From assembly GCA_964036045.1 (NCBI GenBank), contig OZ038378.1:94674001-94738000 (forward strand): DNA of 64,000 nt. The letters are read 5' to 3'. The position numbers and the translations under genes are program-made. Shown piece after piece: positions 1-13,119 of this stretch. The stretch comes from Eutreptiella sp. 'Long Island Sound 2002' (taxonomy: Eukaryota; Protista; Euglenida). Under the pieces are notes generated by a model. That model searched no databases. It was given only the letters and a program-made list of their open reading frames with translations, and had not been told where the DNA came from. Position 1 is the stretch's first letter; every line of letters starts with the position of its first letter.

Positions 1-370
1 ATACAGAGTGCCTACTGTCCACCGCATACCGCCTGTGACATAGCTGTGCACACTGCCCTGCCTACGGCATGCTGCCTGTGACATCATGATGCATGCTGTC
101 TACTTCCGAGTGCACGCTTGACTGCATACTGCCGTGGTTTTTTGCACATTGTGCACAGTGAATACCTTCTACGGCCCACTGCGGAATGCCTGCGGCACGT
201 GGCAGATAGCACACACTGCATACACTGCGTGGCAGAATAGTTCTCCTCGCGACTGTTGAATACCTACCGCCTATGACACAGTAGTGCCTACTGCCCACTG
301 CGCACTGCTGAATGCCTGTAGCATAGTAATACACAGTGCCTAGTGTCCACTGCATACTGCCTGTGACAAT
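1..370. repeat. Degenerate low-complexity tandem repeat (cactgc/catactgc/tgcctactg motifs)
   Basis: Recurring motifs tgcctactg, gcatactgc, cctgtgaca throughout 1-370; similar motifs recur at about 1660-1730. Confidence 0.6.
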
Positions 371-729
371 GCACTGTGCTTAATAGCATAGTAACGGTAT
401 TCTGACACACACCCACTGTTCGTCAGACACAGGGGTTGAACACATGCTGCCCATGGGATAACAGTGACCAAGACATTCTTTCCTTGAGTACAAAATATAA
501 GAGGTTCTACAGGCGTTCTTGGTGCGTCACAGCCACAAATTACCATTGACACGATTGTCATCCTCACGAAATTTTAAGCAGTGTATACTGTGCCACAATC
601 AGCATGCATTGGACAGTAGACAGTATGTACTCTGCAAAGGCATATCTCACGGGGACATTCATAAGGTGCCAACACGGAGCAAATTCAGATTTTTTCAGGT
701 TTTTCTCAACTTTTGGTCTAATGCACCAA

Positions 730-1450
730 AATGTCGTTCCCTTGGGGGGGGGGTATGTGTATGCTTTTCGAAATCTGTGAGAAAAGGCCGTTTCAGAAAT
801 GTATGGGTTGGGGGGGATAGGTGACCATATTTTTGAGTATCGAGGCCGAACTTTTCGGCGTTTCAGGGTTTTCGAGCCTCAGGCTGCTCCGCACACGCGT
901 GCGGGGCACCAACTCGTAGGTGTCCCCGTGGGTGCTCCAACATATTGTAGAGTTGGAGGAAAGTGAAAGGAGATAAATGGTTGCATTTTCACGTGCTGAA
1001 TCCAAATATTGTGGTCTCATGTCCCAACTTGACAGCCTGTTTGAGAAATTCTGCCATCTTTGATTTCTTGCACTCTGGTGAGCTTGATGCTGCAAGTTGC
1101 ACCAGGCATCACCCGGGTGTCCAAGGTAGTTATTGGTCAAAGTCTTCGACATATTGGGGTCTTGAGGGGACCCATGTTGCACATATCTTCTACACATGAA
1201 ATGCAACAAATCCACCCGAATGACTTGACCCTCATATGCCCATATGTTGGAGTAATGGGGGTAGGGTTGCGGTGCAGTCTGTCTGAAACCAGACTAGAAC
1301 AGGCAAAAAAAACCCACCTGTCAACGGTAACGGCCAATTTTCGAAAAATTATGGTTCCGGACCCCCCCCCCTAACCGATACATCTCCGAAAAGCCCTTTT
1401 CAAGGGCTTTCCGAATATACCCACATTACCCCCCTTTTGGGACACTCAGC
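730..1450. mobile_element. MITE-like segment with long imperfect inverted ends
   Basis: 781-830 (gaaaaggccgtttcagaaatgtatgggttgggggggg...gaccatatttttg) matches the reverse complement of about 1340-1400 (gaaaagggcttttcggagatgtatcggttaggggggg...accataatttttc). Exact ends and TSD not resolved. Confidence 0.45.
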
Positions 1451-1810
1451 GGGCACAAATGAGGCGACAATGGCACCAGCCCCTGAAAACGCTCCGTGTT
1501 GGTACCAAATCAGACGTCCCGGAGAGATATGCATACTGCAGCGGGCGGTGCGCACGACAATGATGGGCGGCAGGCGGTGTGCACTATGCCATGGACAGCA
1601 TGCAGTGGACAACATCACCATACACCCTGAGGCATGATGCTTGTGGCATACGATGCCCATTACATACCGCCTGCCCGCTGCCCATTGCCTACTGCAACCA
1701 TGTCCACCTACTGACTCCTTTGCATTGCCTGATGCATACTCCCTAACATCTCTTCCCAATGCTCTGCTCCTGCTGGAAGGCACTCTAGTGAGCAATCTAA
1801 CAAGCACAAC

Positions 1811-2013
1811 CTGGCCACCATGTTGGCACCAAGGTTAAAGCGCTCGTAGTCCCCTCCGTAAATATCCCCCACCAGCTTGTCGACTGCCAGGTTGTCCCCT
1901 TTGTCGCACAGAGCGAGCGCCTCCTCAAATGTATCGGCGTGGGTGAGCAAGCGACAAAGCCCCAAGAAAGTGGCCCCTCCAAGAGCAGTACCGCCCACCC
2001 GTTCAAACTTATC
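1811..2013 (-). CDS. PANK: Internal exon of type II (eukaryotic/fumble-like) pantothenate kinase
   Basis: Translates [67 protein letters not shown](S), containing the GGT.LGG.TF.GL and [10 protein letters not shown] motifs of PanK-II. Bounded by ttcag| (2014) and |gttgtg (1810). No neighbouring exon recognised in the window. Confidence 0.92.
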
Positions 2014-3180
2014 CTGAATCAACATGAAATTGAATGCAAAGCAAAATAAGTCGGCCTTGAGGAACAACCATGCACTGCATGCTTACTGGGTGCACACTGT
2101 GCACATTTGTTGCTGGAACCCACATCGTATACCCATGAAACCATGACCTTCTGATAGTACAGAAAAATACACCAAAACACAGTTCACCATTGTCTCATCT
2201 TCTCTGGAGGCATCTAAATTTGCCCATAACCCATGGTACTGGTTTTTCCCCAGACCAGAGTCAGGCATGAACTGTCAAGTGTCTCCAAGTGAATAGATTC
2301 CATTCAGCACCTGGTGGATGGAATGGGTATCCTGCCTGACGCTCTGTCCACACCTTTCTGTTTCTGTTGCTGCAGCAGGGCGTGCATATCTGGTCTGTCT
2401 GCAGAAATTCAACAAGTACACCCATTTTTGATGTGTATGTATGTGTGCTTTACTTATGTTTGTTTGTGGTGATTCACGGTGAATATTTTGTATCTTGCGA
2501 AACTGTGGGCAATCGGTGAAAGAATATTATGTATCCTATGTATAGCCCCCCGCAATCCAATCCAGCAACATGTTCAATGCATGCAAATGTGAATGCCACA
2601 CGTAAACAACACATGCAGATCAGAGTAAAAGAAACATTGCACAAGAAGCAGAACAGTTGGTGAATTCAGCGTGTCCCAGTAGTGCAACAACATTCCATGC
2701 CGTCATTGATGTATACTTCACGTACCAACACTAGCAGCGGTGTCCTTGTCACGATCCTCACAGTGACAGTGCACCACCAATACATATAGTGCAAAAATAA
2801 TTCGATTGTGTAGTCCTTGTCAAGAACCTGAAAGTGAATGCACTAAACTGTCGGAAACAACCACAAAATGAAACAGATCCTTGTCAGGATCCTCACAGTA
2901 CGTATCAAGCTGTGGCCAAACTGGCATCAAATCCCCTAAGAGAACCTGTACAAAATGGTTAAATACGTATACACTGAGCGCAGTCAGCTGTCTCGGTAGT
3001 ACAATACCTGCAGCCAAAGCAAACACACAGACCAACCACATGATAGCCCCTGAATGAACAGATGGGCATCACAATGACAACTGAATTATTTCAAATCAAA
3101 AGAAATCAACACCAACAAAGGCTGTCACATGACTGAGTACATCAGCAATTTGTGGTGATGCTGCGTTCTTTAGTTTTTAC

Positions 3181-3877
3181 CGGCCATCTTCTCCGTCAAG
3201 AGTGCCAAACCACCTTGCTTCTTCTGCAGTGGCGTAGCTGCAGCCTCATCACCCTTCCTCTTGGACCCCGTCCCCGTCTTGCCCAACTACTTCGTCTCCA
3301 CCTTGGGAACTGGCTTCTGGCCGATCTTCGCGGCGGGCTTCGGGATCTTCTGGCTCGCGGTCTCTTTCGGCTTCTTTGGTGTCTCTATTTACAGTAAATA
3401 TGCAACATTAGAGGCAGGGATGAGGATGAGCAAGGCAAGGGTACTGTCAGGAGTATGCCAGTGAAGATAAAAAAACACTGCTGCATGTACAAAACTACTT
3501 TGTGAACCCCACAAAGACGTTGCCTCACAACCACAGAACCCAACCTTGTCAGGATCCTGACAATGCATGCCGCTGAAGTGCAACAACGCAACATGTGGGA
3601 TTTTGAGGACTTCGCGGCACATGAACAATCGTACCTGGTTCATCCTCCTCGATATCATTGTCACTGGATTCACATTGCAGGGGTTCACCACATGCAAACT
3701 TCTCCGCAACGAGCTTGAAATCCAAACGCTTCCACGAATCCGCCTCATGCATTTGAGCACCCACGTGCTACAACATTGCTTTGCCGGCACTGTTCAAATG
3801 CACAACGTTAAGCTCCACATCGGCCCGCATCAGGAGATCCGCTGGGAGCAAGGCAGTGTGTACCTTTGCGAAAGGGC
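3181..3877 (-). pseudogene. Element F ParB-like gene, 3' exons (3630-3877 and Lys-rich 3181-3390)
   Basis: DSWKRLDFKLVAEKFACGEPLQCESSDNDIEEDE aligns to element A DGLSPIPWNAVFENFAEGCPVDYSC...EQESEED. AG/GT borders present; in-frame stops. Confidence 0.55.
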
Positions 3878-5224
3878 CTGTAGGGAACTTTTGAATGGGG
3901 AGTCAAAATCGCGCGAATATTGGTCCCTAAACCTACCGTTTCGGCCAAAACAAACCCCTCCAATAGGGTTGGGAAAGCAGCAATATTTCTAAAAAAAATT
4001 TTTAGACAAAAAGAATACTGGTCCTTGCACCCGGAAACCCCCCTTTTTCAGCACCCTAGGGGTCCACGGTGCCCCACAAAATGCCCTATTCCTACCGCAG
4101 GTGTTCCCTGTGTCTGCGGTGCCATTGCGAACCATTTTGTTTGCATACCTTGCATTCGCACAGACATCTATTAGTCCATCCACCGCGCTTGCCTTCCTTG
4201 GCTTTCGTGAACGGCAGCGCGTCGTTCTCGAACGCCGTGGGTCCACGCGTCCTTCGCTAGCTCCAGGTGGCAGGGCCCCTGCCAGAGGACCATCTCGCCG
4301 GCGCGGACCGACACGGGGTGGAGACCTGCCGCGGAGCGGGTCAGGACGGTAGGATGGTGGCTGCCAACGGGGGGACCTGCTTGTGCCGGGGGTTCGGGGG
4401 GGTTGAAGACATCATCCTGGAGGTCCTCCACGACCAACCCCAACTGAGCCTCCAAGCCCCCCCCCCCAAAAAAAAGGAGCTGGCCATACGTGGGGACCTC
4501 CCGTTGCTCAACCGGCCCCAAATTTTCTTAGACGGCCCAAGTTGCCCACCCCCCCCCCCAAACGGACCCCCGACCAAAATGTCGCAGATGATGGTCATCA
4601 AAAACGCGTCCTACAGGGGTGAAATTTTAGCAACAAGCAGCGCACGTCTGTTTCCGCTCGTTTTTGACTACCCCCATATACGCTTTTGGCACTTTGCGCA
4701 CAACACCAACTTGAGGCCGGGCCCTGTGAAATATGGGAAAAACAGTCAAATTCTGAGGAGGAACCCCACGGAACGCATGTGTGTCTATGCACGGTTCAAT
4801 ATCACTACACTAGTGGAGGCACTACTCGTCGACGCATACCATTTTCATCAAAATTTGTTCTGCAGACAGTGAAATACTGAAGTTTGTCTGGAAACAGACA
4901 GATCTCACCAAAACATGCTGCACAGGTACAAAAATCGCAAATAGTTGTCTGGTTCCAGACACACGACACGTAACCTGGTGAAAAATTGCTGTATTCCACA
5001 AAAAGAACTATGGTCCGCAACCAAATGACATAAAAAAGTGACAAAGGACTGTCAGTCTTGTGTTCGGGAAGGGAAAAGTGCCAAAACAAGCCACTGGGAC
5101 CTAGAGAGCAGACTGGCACGCCAACAGGTTGGCACAGTGTTTATATGTTATGAATAGATATAGTGGTCACTGAGCAGGCTTACAACAACAGTGTGCAACC
5201 AACAGCAACTACAACAGAGCACGT

Positions 5225-8200
5225 TTAATTCTTTTTGGAGCCATTGAACCGGTCCTTCCATGCCTGAAACCCAATCTTGGCCTTCTTAGAAGCAGACGAC
5301 TGAGAATCGGTTCCCGCAGCTGCAGACTCGTCAGGAGGTGATGCCTGGGCTTTTTTGTTGCCTTTGCCTTTTGACTGTGATCCGGAGGCTCTGTTCTCGT
5401 CTCCTTTGCGTGTGCGACCACCTTTTTTGCCAGGGCCCCATGACTGCTTCGGTGTACCATACACGGCGTTCTCTGGGGTGGCGCCCACCTCTTCCATGTC
5501 CTCCTCAGACTCCTGCTCTCCCTCTGCCTTCTCAGGCACACAGCTGTAGTCCACAGGGCAACCCTCCGCAAAATTTTCAAACACTGCATTCCAGGGGATA
5601 GGGCTCAGCCCATCAGCGATGCGTAAATTGCTGCATACGAGGGCACCAACGTCTGCAATAGACTCCTGCTCCGTGGGCAAACCCAAAACCACACTGATGG
5701 GTACCGGCATGCGCACTGCCAGACTGCAGGCCAGCTTTACAGAACTACTCATCACCAGGAACCATAGGGTACTTGCTTCTGAGGGTACTGCATCCGCCAG
5801 GTGGTGCATGACAAACCCAACAACCTCCGCACACAGCTGGTTCACCATTGAACCACAAGAAAAGGCAAAGTAGCGAGGCACCTGTATAAGGGAATAGTGA
5901 GTCTGAGACCCCTACTCGTGCAGCTGGACTGGCCGATGTTGTCTGCTTCCAGACAGTTTCCCACAATTTACCCTTCTCGGGACGGATTCTGCCTCATACG
6001 TGTCTGGTTCTAGACAAACTTTAGGATTCAACGGTGCACCCAACGTGACTGTGGTAGCAGGCAGCAGCCAGCAACAGCAGACAGCGATACCTTCTTGGCG
6101 GCGGATCTTTGGAAACAATCCATAGCTCACTGAATCCCATCGAGTACTGCTGTGTGAGAGATCCCAGAATAAAGCAGGCCACGCAAATTGTTGTCAACCC
6201 CTCGTTGTCGTGCAACTTTCGGAGACCATCCAGCACTCCCAAGAAGTCACAAGTGGTGCCAACAATTAGAACAAGCGTCCCAGACACCAAGTTGCAGCTG
6301 ACAACGGAATGGATGCCTTCCATATGTCCGTTTGGGACTTCAACAATGATCAGGCAATACGGCATGCTGGCCACCGTAGAGTGCAGCGGCGTACCAGATG
6401 CCATCCCAGTGATATGCATGACCCCATCCAGGGACTTGCTGTCAGTCACCCCCGCCTCTGGGGCCTCAAACCCAATGTTCACGGTGATGAAGTTGGCATC
6501 AGCAGCGATCTTGACCTCAGGGTTCACCAGGGGACGTTTCAGGGCATCACGGAGGGGAGCATACGTGGGGTCACTCCAGATTGCAGCACTGACGACATAC
6601 GTCGAGGGGGGCCAGCAGTTCTTCTCGGACCACTTCCAATTGTACGTCTTGAAGGTGACATGGGTCTTCGACAGGAGACTCTGTTCACAACGGGCCCGTT
6701 CTGCAAGCGTTTTGCGACTGGGGTCAACCAGGTGGTTGTCCGGGTGGCAGAGATGATGTTCCCACAGACGTGCAGCCTTCAGTTGCTTTGCCTTTTTTGT
6801 AAACATTGGCAGTGACACATTGCTGGAGCCCATGTACTGTGTAACCTCCTCGAGGTCTGGTGGGATGAGGCCTTCGATACATTTCCAAAAGTGCAGCTTT
6901 ACTGGCAGTCCACGCTTTTCCAATCCATCGACAGCAGCCACAGCATTATCCCCCATTACTTGCACCCAGGCGGCAATCGGAAACCAGGCTTTTCTTACAG
7001 TGTCCTGCAGAGCAGACAGGGGTGTTGGCAGACACAACAGGAGGAATTCTGCTTTGACAGGCCGCATCAGTGAAATGTTGTCTGGTTCCAGACTTGGAGG
7101 TCCACGCACAGGCTTTGACAGTGATAAAAAAGTTGTGTCTGGCACCAGACACAAACAGGAGGAATTCTGCTGTGATAGGCCGCATCAGTGAAATGTTGTC
7201 TGGTTCCAGACATGGAGGTCGAGGTACAGGCTTTGACAAGGATAAAAAAAAGTTGTGTCTGGTTCTAGACAGACACAGGAGGAATTATGCTTTGACAGGC
7301 CGCATCAGTGAGTTGTTGTCTGGTTCCAGACATGGAGGTCCTGGCACAGGCTTTGACAAAGATAAAAATACATCAGGTGTCTGGTTCCAGACAACTGTGA
7401 CAGCCTTCGTTGTTGCATGGGACAACTGTCCTAGCCAGGGACGCATGTGCACATAGTTCCTCTACTGCCACCCTGTGCAACACGGGGCATACCAGTGTCC
7501 CCTTCTTCAGTGTATAGCCACCCCTCACGTACAGCACTCCCAGGTGTTCTCGTATGGATTTCTCCTCCAGTTCATTGCGGTCCAGCTCAACACGCAGGAG
7601 TTCCATCCGTGTAGACAGCTTCGGCAAGGTCGTGGCAGACTGCACAGCCTGTGATGCGACGGATGGTCACAACAGTTACCCCCCCCCCCCCGACAAAGCG
7701 GCCGGTCACGCACGAGAACGGGCAGGACGAGATGGACGTCACAGGCGCAGGATATTTCACTGGTGTGGGCATGCAGTGTCGGAGTGCACTGTCACAATCG
7801 ATATACCTGTGACATGCCAGCGATTGACTCCCGTATGTGCAGAGTGACATCCGTACGAACCGCTTGATCAAGAAATTGCACTGACCATGTTGGCGGTTCC
7901 AGATGGGCATTCATGTACCCCCGTGAGATTTGTCGACAGGCCTCGGCGATATGCTGCCCCGATGAGATCCAATACTGCCCCACTGTGTCACGCCACACTA
8001 TGATTCGGATTTTTGCTGCACCTGGTGGATTCCTGCGTAGTTTTGTCATCTTGTCCTGGACAAGATCTTCATCCGCCACTCTGATTTGGCCATACTCCCT
8101 TTTTTTGTCCCATTGCAGTCTACTGAGGGGCAGCAGGACCTCCTAGTCTTTAGTATGGTCACCAAGTTTCACTTGAGCACCTTTACGCTTTGCTGTGTCA

Positions 8201-8412
8201 CCACGTTTTGTGCTTGGAGGGGGCATCGTCCACGGCACTGAATTGGGATGCCAGATGAATTGAGGGGTCTGCAGAGGGTTCAATGCTACCTTGTGTAAGA
8301 TCAGACATGTTGGAACCAACTGGGCGCCAAAAGCAAAATGACACAAGGGCGGGCCTTTTAGCAATGTGATTCTAACTTTCCAGACCTCCCGACGTGAGCA
8401 TACTGTTTTCAC
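5225..8412 (-). pseudogene. Element A second gene: ParB/Srx-like domain + helical region + methyltransferase-like fold + acidic/basic tail (multi-exon, with stops)
   Basis: EVLLPLSRLQWDKKREYGQIRVADEDLVQDKMTKLRRNPP...IRIIVWRDTVGQYWISSGQHIAEA (7900-8142); LWEHHLCHPDN; PYCLIIVEVP...LVSGTLVLIVG (ORF 6021-7154); C-terminal ORF 5225-5881. Homologous segments occur in B, C and F. Confidence 0.8.
7019..7393. repeat. Intronic ~120-bp tandem repeat, each unit carrying two TGTCTGGTTCCAGACA palindromes
   Basis: Palindromes at 7079, 7136, 7197, 7256, 7317, 7378; alternate spacers are near-identical. Confidence 0.85.
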
Positions 8413-8460
8413 ACTCAGACCACATCATGTGCAATACACAGGGGTATAAAAAACACAGTC

Positions 8461-8837
8461 TGTCTGGTTCCAAGCACAACATTTTGCTTTTGAAGTGTGC
8501 AACCGGTGTGAAACAATTTAATGTCCGGTTCCAAACAACCATGTACTGTTCTGGCCATGGACAGGGCATAAACAGTCAGTGCCTGTTTGTAGACACATTG
8601 GCGGTCCAAATACGAGTTAGCTGGCTACGCAATGTGATTCTAGCCTTTCCCAAAACAGAGCAGATGACGTTGCAGGCAATGGAGGGTGCAACACACAGTC
8701 TGTCTAGTTCCAGACACAACAGCTTGACTTCAGCAGATGACATGGGTGAAAAATCATTAACTGTCTGGTACCAGACGGCTACGGTACTTCTGTGGGCACT
8801 AGAGGGGGTACAAACAGTTGGTGTCTGGTTCCAGACA
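8461..8837. promoter_or_regulatory. Array of seven 16-bp palindromes at ~60-bp period with non-repeated spacers, between the two genes of element A (putative operator/loading sites)
   Basis: TGTCTGGWWCCAGACA-like sites at 8461, 8522, 8580, (8642), 8701, 8762, 8822. Function is inferred. Confidence 0.6.
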
Positions 8838-9105
8838 CGCATGCATGCAGTGTTTATTGTGCTGGCTTCCTAAACCGGGTATTCGGTTGGTCAGGGTCAC
8901 ATGTTGTGGTTTTGCGGTGAAAGAGGGATGTAAAGCAATGCAACAGTGCACGTACGCGCGCATCTCATCAGTCCAGCACTGCGTTGGTTGACATTAGTGG
9001 CCCCTGCGGGAGTACCCCGATGCTGCTGTGGTAACCAACCCCAGCCCTGTGTGTGGTTCGATACAGACACCTTTGACGTGCCCTGGCCACTTCGGCGGGG
9101 TGTCA

Positions 9106-11242
9106 TCAGTCCATTGAGTCATCCTCCAGACTTACAACCTCGTACTCCTTCATTTCTTGCAGTAGGACAACAGGTGGTGGTTCATCATCCTGTGCGTCCA
9201 CGTCCACTATCAAATCCCCCACGGACCGGTGTGAACTCGAATCCGAGACAATTGCAGCTTCCGGGGCCTCATCGTCATCATCTGCTACCGCAAATGTTGC
9301 GGCCCGCACCCGCTGAGCCTGTGCATCTCGGCCTGCATGCTCGCGGGGGTCTCTGCCTGGAACAATGGTTCTCAACAACCGTGAGACCTCATCGGTGGGC
9401 GAACGCGCTGCACGTGTCAATGTGGAGAGTGATCTAGTCAACAGTCTGTAGTACAGGGCCACACCGCCGTTGTCCAGTTGTTACCCTGGGAATTTCAAGT
9501 CCTCAGGGACAGCGGTGAATGCTGCCTTCTTTCCACTGTTCCATTCAAGATGGACCATGCCGTTTGTTGTAATGGCCAACAGGAACCCGCGTAGCCGTGA
9601 CGACATGATCGCAACCAGTCCAGTGCGGATCTGCCCCCGCGTCTTCTTTTCCCCGCGCTTTGGTGGTGCCATGCTCAAAAAAAAGGTCCAATGTCTGGTC
9701 AAAAGTCTTCATCTGGGGGTATGCGCGGCACCTAGATCCTAGACGACTCAACATGGCCTCCAGGGGCTCCTAAGCATAACAAAAGCGGGGACGGCGTCAT
9801 TCCAGGGTAACCACAACAGAAAGGCAACACAAAGGGTGCGTACGTAGGGGACATTACAGGCACTGTCCATTGACAAGGCTACAATCAATACCAAACTCAA
9901 CTCCAATACTTTGCGGGCCTGTACGGCCTGTCCCTGCTGGTCGACCATCCCAGTTGCAGTCACGAACCAAGTTTCCAAGGAGGAACGCAGCCAGAATGTA
10001 GAAGTGCAGGAGATTCTTCAGTCCAGTCAACCATACGAGCGGTAGCTTGCGGGATGCCTCTGGAAACAGCATAATTGAAGTTTCCTTGTGTACAATGAGG
10101 TCGTCAACGTTGGGTGTGGCTCACAGTAGGGCATAAAATTGCTTCTCAATGTGCAACAGCTTCGGTTGGCACATGATCTCTTCATCTACCGCGGGCATTT
10201 GCTGCCCAAGGTAGCCCAATATGGGGAAGAACTTACGGTGGATCATGGTACACACATACTTATAAGGGTGCCAACAGCCATATAGCATTGGGAGAGTGGC
10301 ATAGTGCTCAGACAACTGACAGGGGTTGTATGTGCGACTGTAGATGAATTTGGCGAGTCTGTAGAATATATCTTCATCCATCACAAGGGGCATGACGTGG
10401 CATGTGTGAACCTAAATGGCTAGGCATTGTTCCATGATGTGGAGCAAGTCCTCATTGGAGCTGGAGACCAGGTTGGCTAGCGTCAGGGGGTACCATTGGA
10501 GAAAACCAATGCTGTCCCGGTGCACATCTAGTGGAACCCGTACGTATTGGGCCTCTGGTGGATCTCGCCTCAAAGCGTCCACCGCTCGTGGGGACTACCT
10601 GAAACTGGCTGCTATGGTCTGTGCTGTTCGCGGGATGCGTTGGAGAAGATCGTCAAGTGTAAGGAAACCCGGGTACATAGGAATCGCAGTTGTATGCAAC
10701 ACTGACATGGCAGTGACATTCCGACAGCATTCAGATCGTACCGGGTCACTGTAGTACCGTCGGCGATACCAATTGTCAAACTCCTCCACCAGCTGCTTCC
10801 CTGCCATTGATCTCCAGATGGCCTTTGTTCTGGCATGTGCCTGTTGCCCAAAAGGCGGTAACCGGCCCGCGGCAAGACCAGCATGTGACAATTGTCTCCG
10901 CATCCCCCTGGATGCACTTATCATTGAGCCAACAGCCTTTTCCTCTGGAAGAGCCATCTTCCGACACAGTTGCATCATCGTGTACGCCTGGCGTGCAAAC
11001 ACTCCATACCACCTTGGCCACGGTGTTTGCCCATGAGCTTTGATCAACCTTGCCATGCTGCGTCTTGTTCGCCGGTTGACCCTCATCTGTGCGCAGAACT
11101 CCACAAGCAGGGCTGCACCTGGTTCCTCATCGCATAAAGCGGCATCCATAAGCTCCAGCGGTGTACCATACTTCGCTCCACCTAAGAAGTCGCGGAGGAG
11201 ACCAAAGGGATCCGTCGCAGCACTGGTCACCTGGCTCATCAA
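9106..11242 (-). pseudogene. Element A DDE-like transposase (Academ/DUF6589-like motif order)
   Basis: EFDNWY..NVTAMSVL..RVPLDV..WYPLTL..VMDEDIFYRL..LYGCWHPYKY..LVRDCNWDG..YVRT..EAMLSRL across ORFs 10595-11242, 10121-10393, 9854-10072, 9545-9754, 9481-9702, 9106-9462. Several stops and frameshifts. Confidence 0.8.
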
Positions 11243-13119
11243 CAGTGGAATAGAATCAGACTAATTGAAACAGTGAACAACAACGAAACAGACGTGCTCA
11301 GTGACTAGAGAATTGGTGGAGAGTGTTTGAAACCACACCCTGCTCACTCAAATGAGGGTCTTAATCACGGAATTTCAGCAAAATGTGTGGAACTAGACAC
11401 ATTTTCCATGTTATGGGGGTGTACATAGGACGTATGACACTCGGGACAGACACCTGGTGACCCCCCCGCCTGAAAGGTTGAAAATTGTTTAGTTTGTCTG
11501 GAACCAGACACTGCGACCTCAAAAACTCGTTGTGACAGGGGTGGAATTTCAAGAGTGTCTAGTTCTAGACACTTTTCGAAATTCCAAGAGAAAGGTACAT
11601 AGTTGGAGAAAGATAACACAGCACAAAGCAAAACTTGTTCACTGAAGCTTAAAAATTGACCATGCGCAGTCACCTGGGTTTGTGTGCGTGGATATGAGAA
11701 CCCAAAAAACAGGCTGTCAGGCAGCCAAATTCGTATACGCGTCTGAATGACTAAAAAACATGCTATGAAATTTTCCACCGGCCAAAATGGCCTTTTTTGC
11801 GTGTTTTGGGCTCATTTACCGGGGTGGGCAACTTGGGCCGTCTAAGATTTTGCTGGAGCAGCGGGGCAGTGGGAGGATCGAGGAAGGTGGCATTGGGCAC
11901 CACAGTGGCACGCCTCTTGTTGGGGGTCCACTGGGTGAAGGTCCCTTGCATGTCTTGGCCGGGGGGGGGGGACCATGGTGGCGAGTGGTGCTCACCATGA
12001 TGAGGACCTCCCCTTGATTGAGGAGAACCTCGTCACGTCTTTCCACCTGGGACTCCCCCAAGGCCGTTCCCACCTCAATGTTCAGGTGGTATTGTGGGGA
12101 AAGAGCCACAAAAGTCGACAAGTGGCAGTCCCGCCCCAAGTTTTCTCCACTCGTTCCCAGGCCCCCTTGCAGTCAGCGGGACCCAGGGCGTCTCCGTTCA
12201 CTGTATATCCAAGCACATTGGCAAAATTGATGGGCATGGGGGGTGCGGGACGGTCGGGGAGGAGAGAGGGGTTAGGGTTTGCATACGCGTAGGGGTCCAG
12301 CAAGGGGGCGGTTCGCAAAGGAGGGGGAGGGGTTGGCCGGTCCCCGATACCAACTAGACCCACGCATTTGATGAAGCGTGGGAAGAGTGATGCCAGGGAT
12401 GTGGTGGAGTGGGCGCATCTTAGGGTGGAAGGGGAAGATCCCCAAGTAATCCCGCCACTGAGCAGTGCCGGTCTGCCACTGAAAGGGGAAAGAAGAATGG
12501 TCCTCCTATTCAAGGCGATCATATGCGCTGTGGGCAACGGGCGAGGTTAGTGGTCAGATTGACGGTGCAAAACCCGATTTCAACTTGCCCGCCCCATGAG
12601 AAGATATAACCCCCAAGAGAGAGTCAATCTTTTTGGGGGCGGGTATAAGGCAGACGGCCCTCAACTCGAGGAGGGCTAGCAGCAGCTGTTGCCACAGCTC
12701 TATGGCCCACCTCTTGTTGCAAAGCGCACCGGCACGCTCGGGCTCCCTCATGTCAATATGGATGAGGTTGGGGGAGGGGTCCCAACCCTTTGCCCACTCC
12801 ACGACCTCCCCCACAGGCAGGCCCGCTATGTAGGTGGCCTCCTTCAGCGTGTGTGGACGGCGTGGGAGGACTTGATAGTGCGCGTGGGTGTTTGCGGGTC
12901 GCTCGGGAAGGCTACCATTTTGCGAGAGGGCCATTGCGAGATAAATCACAACTGCACAAGGGGGGAAAGGTGCAAAGCTCGAAAAAGGTATCGCACATGT
13001 GCGCGATCTTCGCGCGATTTTCGCGCCAATGAGAATTGTAGGCAAATGCGAATGAGACATGAGTACGACAATGCGAATCTTCGGGTGAAATTAACAATTT
13101 TCTCAGAATCTAAGCTGCG

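Larger units (their letters stand above)
4527..11846 (-). mobile_element. Element A: 7320-bp TIR DNA transposon (transposase + ParB-like gene)
   Basis: 26-bp TIR cttagacggcccaagttgcccacccc (4527-) and its exact reverse complement ending at 11846. 5-bp TSD ATTTT at 4522-4526 and 11847-11851. Flanking sequence joins seamlessly. Confidence 0.93.
3897..13030 (-). mobile_element. Insertion H (about 1.8 kb net of element A), possibly a DIRS/Ngaro-like reverse-transcriptase remnant
   Basis: Lies inside an intron of the F gene. 13-bp inverted match aaaatcgcgcgaa (~3906) / ttcgcgcgatttt (~13010). Frameshifted minus-strand fragments KLKSGF, FPFQWQTGTAQW, WGSSP and VLGYTVNG loosely follow RT motif order, but no YxDD is intact. 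Confidence 0.3.

Noticed and set aside
6109-6815. Long plus-strand ORFs opposite element A gene 2 (also 8946-9437, 30898-31717, 41654-42235)
   Set aside because: Antisense shadows of GC-rich minus-strand coding sequence; only the minus-strand frames show homology among paralogues or recognisable motifs.
7019-7393. CRISPR array (16-bp palindrome every ~60 bp)
   Set aside because: Alternate spacers are near-identical, so this is a ~120-bp tandem duplication. It lies in a spliceosomal intron and there are no cas genes.
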